DNA from: Burkholderiales bacterium
Lineage (GTDB): Bacteria > Pseudomonadota > Gammaproteobacteria > Burkholderiales > Burkholderiaceae_C
Length of the DNA: 64,000 bases
Assembly: GCA_031374415.1 (NCBI GenBank)
Contig: JANMGB010000259.1
Span: 5,169 to 69,168, forward strand
Direction of reading: 5' to 3'
The position numbers were made by a program, and so were the translations under genes. Of this stretch, positions 51,249-59,186 are shown one piece after another. The stretch's first letter is position 1. Each line of letters begins with the position of its first letter. The notes under the pieces were generated by a model. The model was given only the letters and a program-made list of their open reading frames with translations. It ran no database searches and was not told where the DNA came from.

Positions 51249-54200
51249 TCATCCCCGCGGCCCAGCTGAAGGCCGAACTTGGCGCCGTTGAAGCGCAGCC
51301 CGGCGGCCCTCAGCGCGGTCTTTGCCTTGCTGTGCAGCCGCCCCATCACCGCCCTCCTGGGACAGGTAAGCGCTCAAGCTTTGGATGGTCGGGAAGCGGA
51401 AAATGTCGGTGATCGACAAGTCACGCTGTAACACGTCACGCAACTTGCGATGTACCTGAACCGCCAACAAAGAGTGCCCGCCAAGATCGAAGAAATTGTC
51501 ACGCGTGCCCACTTGAGGCAGGTTGAGAACTTCCTTCCAAACGGTGGCAATTTGCTGCTCGGTGTCACCCGCTGGCGGCACGTAGGCCTCGGCCACCGGG
51601 GCTTGGGCGCCATCCGGTGCCGGCAGGGCCTTGCGGTCCACCTTGCCGTTGGGTGTTTGAGGCAAGGCCGACAGGGTCACGAAGTGTGAAGGCACCATGT
51701 AGTCGGGCAAGCGGTCCCGGAGGTGCTCTTTGAGCTCAGTCACGGTCGGTGATTGCTGCCCGGCCACCACGAAGTAGGCCACGAGCCGCAAGTCACCCGG
51801 AATGTCTTCACGCGCCACCACCACGGTTTCACGCACCGCCAGGTGATGGAGCAAGGCGGCTTCGATCTCGCCAAGTTCGATGCGGTAGCCACGCACTTTG
51901 ACCTGGTGATCCAGGCGGCCCAGGAACTCGACCGTACCGTCCGGCCTGAACATGGCCAGGTCACCGGTGCGGTACACACGCCCCCCTGTGGCGCCTCGAA
52001 CGGGGTGCGCGATGAAGCGCTCCGCGGTCAGCTCGGGTCGGTGCAGGTAGCCGCGAACGACACCACGCCCGCCGATGATCAACTCGCCTGGCACACCCAC
52101 TGGCACCGGTTGTTGGCGGGTGTCGAGGACGTAGAGCTCTTGGTTCACCAAGGGACGCCCGAGCGGCACAATGCCGTCAATACGCTCGACTCGGTGCACA
52201 GCCGACCAGATGGTGGTCTCGGTCGGGCCGTACATGTTCATGACCTCGCCCTGGCTGAGCAGGCTCTTGAGCTCCTGGGCCAATGAGGGCGGAAAGGCCT
52301 CGCCACCGATCATCATGCGTTTGAGCTGCGACAGGCCCTGCTTGGCCTTGTCATCAAGCAGAAGCATGCGGGCCATCGAGGGGGTGCATTGCAAATGCGT
52401 CACCCCGTGGCGCTGCATCAGGGCAGGCAGGGCATGGTCGGCGCTGGCCGAACGGCGCGGGGTCGCGATTTTGCGCAACTCGTTCAGATCGGTGAGGTGA
52501 GTCATGACCGTGGCGGAATCAATGCCAAAGTCGATCAGGCAGGCAATGTCGTCAACGCCGATGGCCTTGAGCTTGTCGATCATGACCAGGCAAGCCTCGG
52601 GCGTGCCGAACAGGCCACTGGTCTCGTAGTAGCGATTGAACGAGTGCTCAAGCAGGCCCGTCATCTCGTCGTCACTCAGGCTTTGCAGGTCAACGCCCGC
52701 GGCCGAGGTGTCCATGCCGTCGCGCTTCTTAAAGGCAGGGAACGACCAGGCGTATTGCTTGATGAGGCTGACTGAGCTGCGCAGGTACTCGATGAGCGGC
52801 AAGCGCACCTTCTCGCGCACATCGGCTTCATCCGACCCCACCAGCGTGTGCAGCATCAGGGACACATAGCCCTCACCGGGGTGCCCAGAGTCCTTCCACG
52901 CCTGGCGGTAGGCGGCGAGTTTGCCGGTGAGCTCGTCCACGCTTTGACCCAGCAAGTGGGTCAGGACAAAGGCACCCAGGCGACCCGCCGCGGCGAAGGT
53001 TTCCGGGTTACCGGCTGAGGTCACCCAGATCGGCAACTCTTTTTGCACCGGGCGCGGCAAGATGCTGATGTCGACCATCTCACCCGTCGCGCCAGGAAAA
53101 CCGACCTTCTCACCACGCCACAGTTTGCGCACGACGTCGATGTCGCGCAGCATGACTTGCTTGTTGGTGGCGAAATTTTCTGGGCGCAGCACAAAGTCGT
53201 TGGGCTGCCAGCCCGACGCAAACGAGATGCCCACGCGACCGCGAGAGATGTTGTCAACCACCGACCAGTCTTCAGCCACACGGATGGGGTGGTGCAAGGG
53301 CAGCACGACGCTGCCGGCGCGGATTTGAATGCGCTCGGTCACCGCCGCAATGGCCGCACTGGTGACTGCCGGGTTGGGATACAAACCACCGAAGGCATGG
53401 AAGTGCCGCTCCGGCGTCCAGATGGCTGCAAAGCCGTGCTGGTCGCCATAACGCGCGCCGTCGAGCAACAGCTTGTATTTGTTGTCGTTGTTTTCAGACT
53501 CATCGCTCGAAAAGTAGAACAAGCTGAAATCAATCGGGCGTGCCGCATGAGGCCCACGAGCCGGCGTGGCCGCAGAGCGGTCTTCGTTGGTGGCAATCAC
53601 CACCTTGTAGCCACGGGCGAGCGTCCAGCACAGCTCGAGCACGGAAATGTCGAAGCTCAAACTCGTGACCGCCAACCAAACGCCTGCAGGGTCTTGGCCC
53701 AGGTGCTGGTCCATGCCCGCGAAAAAATTGACGGCGTTGCGGTGCTCCACCATCACACCCTTGGGCTTGCCCGTCGAGCCCGAGGTGTAGATGACGTAGG
53801 CCAGGTGCTTGGGCTCGGCGCCGCCATCGAAACGCTCGGCGGATTCTTTGCCGATGCTGTCCCAATCGGCATCCAAGGCAATGACCGTGGCGCGGTGCGG
53901 CGGCAGGTCAGCGCGCAGGCGCTCTTGCGTCAGCAACACAGGCACCTTGGCATCTTCGACCATGTAGGCGATGCGATCTTTGGGATAGCTCGGGTCGAGG
54001 GGCAGATAAGCCCCACCCGCCTTTTGAATGGCCAGCAAGCCGACCATCATCTCAATGGAGCGCTCAGTGCACAGGCCCACCAACACATCCGGCCCCACCC
54101 CCAACGAAGCCAGGCGCCGAGCCAACTGATTGGCGCGGCGATCCAACTCGCTATAGCTGAGAGCCTGGTCTTCACAGACCAGAGCGATGTGCTCCGGGGT

Positions 54201-55943
54201 GCGGGCGACCTGCTCTTCAATCAGACGGTGCACGCAAGCATCCGAGCGCCAAGGGCCTTCGGTGGCATTCCACTGAGTGAGCACCTGGGCTTGCTCAGCA
54301 GCGCCCAGCAACGGCAACTCAGACAAATGACGTTGCGGATCGGCATCGGCGGCGCGAATCAGGGTGGCCCATTGGGACTGCATCTGGGCGACCACCGCGG
54401 CATTGAGCTTGGTGGCATCAAAGCACCAACGGCTTTGCTCACCTTGGCGACTCACGGCAATGGTGAGCTCGCTGCCAGGCAAGGGCTGAGCGGCATCCAG
54501 GCTGTCAACGATGATGACGGCCACGGGCAACACGCGCGGTGAGCCGTTGAGGGCCATGGCGCGAAGTTCGGGCGCCCGGGCGACCAGATCTGTGGCGTAG
54601 GTGACGCGCTTTCTGAGTTGAGTGAGTTCAGCCTGAGCTGCCGCCACGACCGCACCCGCACCTTGCGAAAAATCGAAGCTCATGCGCAAGGGCACTTGCC
54701 TTGCAAACCACCCCTCGACACCCCGAACCGCAGCGCTCAACGTGGCGTCGGAGAAGCCCACATCGAACACATCTTTGTCAGTCAGACGGGCCAGGTAGGC
54801 CAAAGTCAACGCCAGCACCTGATCCGCGCGCTCAGCACCCAGCGCGGGAGTGCCCGGCACAGGGGCATCACTGTGGCTGTAGTTGGCCCCGACCAACGGG
54901 GCACTGCGATCAATGTAGGGCAACTCAAGCAGCGTTTGACTGGCCAGGCGTTGTTGCCAGAAGCCCTCAAAACGAGCCACATCGGCGTTCAGGGTGGTCA
55001 GGCGGTCGGCCAGGGCCGGTGTCAAGGCATCAAACAACAAACCAGTGCGCAGCTGGAAGTGGGCTGCCGCCTCTTGGGCTGTCAAGACCTTGCCGTCCAA
55101 GGTCTCAAAACGCTGGAGCTTGATGTCCTGGCTGCCGGTGGCCACGGTCACGGCTTCGGCATCCACGGTGACCAAGGTGCCGGGCGCAGCACCTGAGGCG
55201 GTGTCCGTGACCGTCACTGCGCCCACCAACAGGGGCTGCCCGCTCCAGCTGGCTTTGGCGCCGCCTATCGGGTTGGCGTAACTGCCAAAATCGAGAGCGC
55301 GAATCAGCGTAGCGATGTGCGATGCATCCAGGGCCCAGTCGATGGCGCACGCGGCAGCGGGCCGGTCTTTTCGGCCGTAGTAGCGCCCGATCGGGGCTGA
55401 CTGAGGTTGCGCCTGCAAGCTGCCTGCCATGAGGCCACGCACGACAGGCTCAAAGCTGTCCATGCCCGCTTCAAAGCACTTGGTGTTGAGCGTGAGGGCC
55501 GTCTCATCAGGGGCCAGACTGACAGCACGTTGAGCAAGGATGGCGCCCTGGTCCACCTGTGCCGTCATCAGGTGCCAAGTGATGCCATGTTCAGCCTCAC
55601 CGTTGAGCATCGCCCAGATGGGGGTGTTCAAACCACCGTACGCTGGCAGGGGACCGTCGTGAAAGTTGATCGCTGCGCGAGTTGGCAGGGCAATGACTTC
55701 GGGGGGCAGTACCGAGAGATTGGTGATGCTGAAAAGATAGTCGAAGGGCCGCAGATCCTGGCTAGAGAGCATGGCCTGTGCGTTGTCCAATACTCGAATA
55801 CCGCGCTCGGCAGCCCAACGTTTGATGGGCTGAGCGCCTGACACGACCGCAACGATGTGGTGGCCTGCTTGCTCAAGAGTTTGAGCACATTGGATCAATA
55901 GGGACTCGGAACCGACCAGAACGCAGCGCCATGAATTAGACAT
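51249..55943 (-). CDS. NRPS: formyltransferase-like domain, condensation C-lobe remnant, adenylation domain interrupted by a luciferase-like monooxygenase, and T domain
   Basis: Fmt-like INFHDGPLPAYGG...VDQGAIL; A cores LAYVIYTSGSTGKPKGV, NMYGPTETT, YRTGDL, GRLDHQVKVRGYRIELGEIE, PNGKVDRKAL; LLM block FSLFYFSS...IWTPERHF...; PCP FFDLGGHSLLAVQV. Start is ATG 55943 or TTG 55958. Confidence 0.9.
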   Translation of the reverse strand: MSNSWRCVLVGSESLLIQCAQTLEQAGHHIVAVVSGAQPIKRWAAERGIRVLDNAQAMLSSQDLRPFDYLFSITNLSVLPPEVIALPTRAAINFHDGPLPAYGGLNTPIWAMLNGEAEHGITWHLMTAQVDQGAILAQRAVSLAPDETALTLNTKCFEAGMDSFEPVVRGLMAGSLQAQPQSAPIGRYYGRKDRPAAACAIDWALDASHIATLIRALDFGSYANPIGGAKASWSGQPLLVGAVTVTDTASGAAPGTLVTVDAEAVTVATGSQDIKLQRFETLDGKVLTAQEAAAHFQLRTGLLFDALTPALADRLTTLNADVARFEGFWQQRLASQTLLELPYIDRSAPLVGANYSHSDAPVPGTPALGAERADQVLALTLAYLARLTDKDVFDVGFSDATLSAAVRGVEGWFARQVPLRMSFDFSQGAGAVVAAAQAELTQLRKRVTYATDLVARAPELRAMALNGSPRVLPVAVIIVDSLDAAQPLPGSELTIAVSRQGEQSRWCFDATKLNAAVVAQMQSQWATLIRAADADPQRHLSELPLLGAAEQAQVLTQWNATEGPWRSDACVHRLIEEQVARTPEHIALVCEDQALSYSELDRRANQLARRLASLGVGPDVLVGLCTERSIEMMVGLLAIQKAGGAYLPLDPSYPKDRIAYMVEDAKVPVLLTQERLRADLPPHRATVIALDADWDSIGKESAERFDGGAEPKHLAYVIYTSGSTGKPKGVMVEHRNAVNFFAGMDQHLGQDPAGVWLAVTSLSFDISVLELCWTLARGYKVVIATNEDRSAATPARGPHAARPIDFSLFYFSSDESENNDNKYKLLLDGARYGDQHGFAAIWTPERHFHAFGGLYPNPAVTSAAIAAVTERIQIRAGSVVLPLHHPIRVAEDWSVVDNISRGRVGISFASGWQPNDFVLRPENFATNKQVMLRDIDVVRKLWRGEKVGFPGATGEMVDISILPRPVQKELPIWVTSAGNPETFAAAGRLGAFVLTHLLGQSVDELTGKLAAYRQAWKDSGHPGEGYVSLMLHTLVGSDEADVREKVRLPLIEYLRSSVSLIKQYAWSFPAFKKRDGMDTSAAGVDLQSLSDDEMTGLLEHSFNRYYETSGLFGTPEACLVMIDKLKAIGVDDIACLIDFGIDSATVMTHLTDLNELRKIATPRRSASADHALPALMQRHGVTHLQCTPSMARMLLLDDKAKQGLSQLKRMMIGGEAFPPSLAQELKSLLSQGEVMNMYGPTETTIWSAVHRVERIDGIVPLGRPLVNQELYVLDTRQQPVPVGVPGELIIGGRGVVRGYLHRPELTAERFIAHPVRGATGGRVYRTGDLAMFRPDGTVEFLGRLDHQVKVRGYRIELGEIEAALLHHLAVRETVVVAREDIPGDLRLVAYFVVAGQQSPTVTELKEHLRDRLPDYMVPSHFVTLSALPQTPNGKVDRKALPAPDGAQAPVAEAYVPPAGDTEQQIATVWKEVLNLPQVGTRDNFFDLGGHSLLAVQVHRKLRDVLQRDLSITDIFRFPTIQSLSAYLSQEGGDGAAAQQGKDRAEGRRAALQRRQVRPSAGPRG
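51354..51575 (-). other. NRPS thiolation (PCP) domain (approx.)
   Basis: aa ~1462-1535. DNFFDLGGHSLLAVQVHRKL. Confidence 0.85.
52464..53546 (-). other. luciferase-like (LLM) flavin monooxygenase domain inserted in the A domain (approx.)
   Basis: aa ~805-1165, lying between the A4 region (SFDISVLE) and the TPS/A5 region (LQCTPSMARMLL, NMYGPTETT). Confidence 0.75.
54279..54836 (-). other. condensation-domain C-terminal-lobe-like remnant (approx.)
   Basis: aa ~375-560. LAYLARLTDKDVFDVGF...GWFARQVPLRMSF resembles the C4/C5 region of C domains. No HHxxxDG is seen anywhere upstream. Confidence 0.45.
55059..55934 (-). other. NRPS N-terminal formyltransferase (Fmt/ArnA-FT)-like domain (approx.)
   Basis: aa ~9-300. 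Asn98/His100 lie in INFHDGPLPAYGG and Asp136 in VDQGAIL, positioned like the Fmt catalytic triad. Confidence 0.7.
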
Positions 55944-56301
55944 AGTTTGTAGTATCAATTTCGGAAAATAGAATTCGACTGTTGATCAAGCTCGCCAATA
56001 AGCGGTCGTGTCAGGAACTGCTGCTTCCACAGTGAGCGTTTGCCCTCACCGTGAGGGCTGACGCAGCTGTATTATCGACCCGCCAATGGGCTTTAGGCGA
56101 GGTCATCTTCCCCTCATTTTGGGGGACAGCGTGCGGTTTGACCGTGCATTTGGCGGATGCGCGCAACCCCAAGTCAGGCGCTAAAAACGCAGTTTCAACG
56201 CACAAAATCCGATTCCTGCACGGATTGTTTGCAGCGAGATAAACCGGATTGCTGTACTCGGGCGTTGCCCAAAAAGCACAGTAGACCAAACTGCTCAAGG
56301 A

Positions 56302-57495
56302 TCAAGGGGCTGGCCACCAAGTGGCAGCGTCATCGCTGGGGTCAAAGTACAGTGGGTTGCTGGCGTCGAGTTGGGAGAAACGTTTTACACACTGTTTCAT
56401 GTGGCGGCCAGACCGCCAGGAGGCGACCCAACCCGTTTCTCGTTGAGACCACTGCGTCCAAAACACACTGCAAAACTGGTCCCGATATTGGCTTTGACAG
56501 GCCGGCAAGCTGAGGGTGGTGGCTTGTGCCAAGTCAGCAGAGATCACCTCCCAGGCGACTTCCTGTAGAGATCGAGCCTGCGTGGCGGTGACCCCCTCTG
56601 GCGCCCAAGCGCCCACGGGGGAGCGCTGGTAAATGGCCCCGAAATTCAGCAGCGCCGTGTAATAACTGCCCAGGGGTGTCAGGTGCACTTGGTCGGAAAA
56701 CAACAACTCGACGGTGGCAGCCACGCTAGCTTGCGTGACACCTGGCAAGCCCTGCGCGCTCGTGGCCCGCTCAATCAACTGCGCCAGGGCAGCCCCCGCC
56801 GGGATGGTGTGGACGCGATCGGCCCTGCCCTTGGCTGCCAAAGACATATTGACGCGGGTAGCGACGCAACGCCACATCGGCGAGGCCGCACGCTCATAGG
56901 CGATCCAGTCCGCCGGCTGGCTGGTATCCCTGATGTTGGACCAAGGCTCAAACAGGTAAGTTTGAGCCTTTGAGTTGGCCGCCATAGAGCGCTCATGAAA
57001 ATGAAGCAAAGCCGGGATCGTGTCTTCCCAAATGAGTGAACCCGCCAGACCATGAAGCTCGGTCATCAACAGCGTGTCATAGGGGCCACCGGGCACGGTT
57101 TGGGGCGCACGCAACTCGGCCAGGACATCGAGTCCCTGACCCTCACGGTTGTCGCCTTGCCTGTAGCCTGACCAGGGCTCGCTGCCCGGCGCCCCTCGGG
57201 TGCGCGCTTGGATGGATGAACCCACCACAATCTGGTGGTTAAACCACAGTGGCTTGGACAAACTCTCTGCGATGCTTGCCAGATGGGCTGGCATGGGTAC
57301 GTTGGTCAAACTATGACCCGATATGAATACTCGCGCAGCCTCACGCGCCACAGGCACAGGCTTGGCCATGGTTTCCAGTGCCAAAGGAGAAGCCGGTCGG
57401 GGGGACGGGGCGCAGGCACAAAGCATCATCACCCCAAACACCACAAGAGCCTGTGCACGAAGGCGAAACCAACGGAGTGGCAACATAGATTTCAT
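56302..57495 (-). CDS. putative SGNH/GDSL-fold hydrolase lipoprotein
   Basis: Signal peptide ending in the lipobox-like LCAC. Block I-like VFISGHSLT and block V-like FSDQVHLTPLG (DxxH). The ATG overlaps the upstream stop (ATGA at 57492-57495). The fold call is tentative. Confidence 0.5.
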   Translation of the reverse strand: MKSMLPLRWFRLRAQALVVFGVMMLCACAPSPRPASPLALETMAKPVPVAREAARVFISGHSLTNVPMPAHLASIAESLSKPLWFNHQIVVGSSIQARTRGAPGSEPWSGYRQGDNREGQGLDVLAELRAPQTVPGGPYDTLLMTELHGLAGSLIWEDTIPALLHFHERSMAANSKAQTYLFEPWSNIRDTSQPADWIAYERAASPMWRCVATRVNMSLAAKGRADRVHTIPAGAALAQLIERATSAQGLPGVTQASVAATVELLFSDQVHLTPLGSYYTALLNFGAIYQRSPVGAWAPEGVTATQARSLQEVAWEVISADLAQATTLSLPACQSQYRDQFCSVFWTQWSQRETGWVASWRSGRHMKQCVKRFSQLDASNPLYFDPSDDAATWWPAP

Positions 57496-59186
57496 TGATG
57501 GGCTGAGGGATCACTCAAATAGTGACTCAAGGGCGAGCCACCCTTGTCGATGGCGGCGCGAATCAACTGCTCAAGGACATGCACGTTCCAAACTTTGCCA
57601 TAGGACAACTCGCCCCGAAGCGGATCTTGTTTGGCTTCAATCACGAGGCACCCCTTGCCACGAGACAGCTTCGACTCGGCCCAGCTCAAGCGCCCGCCAC
57701 GCAGCACCACGCCTTCGTCTTGCACCTGCCAGGCGCCAACGGTCAGTGTGCGCCCTGCTTTGAGCGCATGCGCCATTTCGTACATCAGCCGCACACACAC
57801 AGCGCGCCACAAGCTGTCGGTAAACGCCGTGTACGCCGCCTCGGCTCGCATGCGAATTGTCAGGGTGCGAGTTGAATCAGCGATCTCAACGCTGTGATAA
57901 GTGCCAACCGGAAAACCATGGAGCAACTGGCGATTGCTTTCCCAACGCACCTGCGCAATATCGCTCAAACGCAGGTGTTGACCCTGCCAGCTCACCCCCT
58001 CCGGGTCAATGCGCAAGGGGTGTTTAGACCACAGACCCACCTGGGCCTGAAATGAAATCGCACGCCGCCACTCAACGTCCCAGCGTTGCACCTGGAGTCG
58101 CTCTTCCTCGATCTCCTTGAGACGCAGCGCATCAGACTCAAGCTGCTCGCGAACACGCGGCACGGCTGCGAAGAGATCGAGCGACGCGGTCGTCATGCGG
58201 TGCGCCATCGACCACAGGCCATGCTGATTGAACAAGCTCACACCCAACTCGCGCAACTCACCCGCCAGTTGCTCGCTGTGAACGTTGGCCATACCGCGGG
58301 CCTTCATGCTGAGCTGGATAGGACGCGCGACATGGCACCAGTGGCGGGCAACCAACAACACTTGTTCGACGGCGGGGGCAACCGTGGCCTCACCCTCGGC
58401 TCCCTGGGCCAAGATACGCTCGCCCAGTTTGGCCATGTTCTCGCGCTCAGCCTCCAGGACGGCCTGGGTTTCGAGTGCATAGGCATCCACCAAGTCATCG
58501 ATCAGCGCGCAAGCAGTCACTGAGCCTTGAGCCGTTGCGCGACTGACCAGGGCTGTCATGGTATCCACCAGCATGGCCGACGGCATGCGGTCAAGAAAGT
58601 CCATCAGCACATCTTTGTACTGCTTGCGTATCGATGACAGCACGTCATCGACGGCGGCCAAATCATGCACCTCAGGAAAGCCAGACACCTTCCGATCGCT
58701 GTTCACGCTGGCAACAATCTCAGTGACTTCAAGGCGCTCGACCACCGCACCAAACTCACGGATAAATTCAGCCATCCTGGTTTCGTCGGAAACTCGAGGC
58801 GTCATGCGCTCAAAGCCAGCACACATGAGGTTGGCGCGAGCCAACGGTGGCAAACCAGCCGGGCGCGCCATCACGCGAACAGGGTCTGCTGCGAGAGACG
58901 CCAAGAGGTTATCGACCACACCTGCCTCAACGCCAGAGAACCAACCCAGCTCCGCACGCAAACGGGTGCGTGGGTTCGTCAGGTCAGAGCGTGCACGCTG
59001 GCACAGCGCCTGATCACCATGCAAACCGCGCTCTTCGGCATGCTCGATGATGGTGCGGCGATCGTCCAAGGGCGTCACCCCCAACACAGAAAAAGGGTTT
59101 GAGCCCAGGAGATCAGACCTTGCCTCAGAGGCCTTGGGATTGACACGCATGATGTTTCGTTCGGTCCTGCTCACATGGGCACGCAC
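57492..59186 (-). CDS. J-domain-like protein (HGD in place of HPD) with large uncharacterised C-terminal region
   Basis: N-terminus NPFSVLGVTPLDDRRTIIEHAEERGLHGDQALCQRARSDLTNPRTRLRAEL has the helix I-III layout of a J domain. Start is GTG 59186 (16-nt overlap with the upstream gene) or ATG 59150. Confidence 0.6.
   Translation of the reverse strand: MRAHVSRTERNIMRVNPKASEARSDLLGSNPFSVLGVTPLDDRRTIIEHAEERGLHGDQALCQRARSDLTNPRTRLRAELGWFSGVEAGVVDNLLASLAADPVRVMARPAGLPPLARANLMCAGFERMTPRVSDETRMAEFIREFGAVVERLEVTEIVASVNSDRKVSGFPEVHDLAAVDDVLSSIRKQYKDVLMDFLDRMPSAMLVDTMTALVSRATAQGSVTACALIDDLVDAYALETQAVLEAERENMAKLGERILAQGAEGEATVAPAVEQVLLVARHWCHVARPIQLSMKARGMANVHSEQLAGELRELGVSLFNQHGLWSMAHRMTTASLDLFAAVPRVREQLESDALRLKEIEEERLQVQRWDVEWRRAISFQAQVGLWSKHPLRIDPEGVSWQGQHLRLSDIAQVRWESNRQLLHGFPVGTYHSVEIADSTRTLTIRMRAEAAYTAFTDSLWRAVCVRLMYEMAHALKAGRTLTVGAWQVQDEGVVLRGGRLSWAESKLSRGKGCLVIEAKQDPLRGELSYGKVWNVHVLEQLIRAAIDKGGSPLSHYLSDPSAHQ

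Noticed and set aside
56029-56060. Hairpin GCCCTCA-CCG-TGAGGGC downstream of the SGNH-like gene as a terminator.
   Set aside because: There is no U-tract on the relevant (minus) strand, and the stem is only 7 bp with a 3-nt loop.
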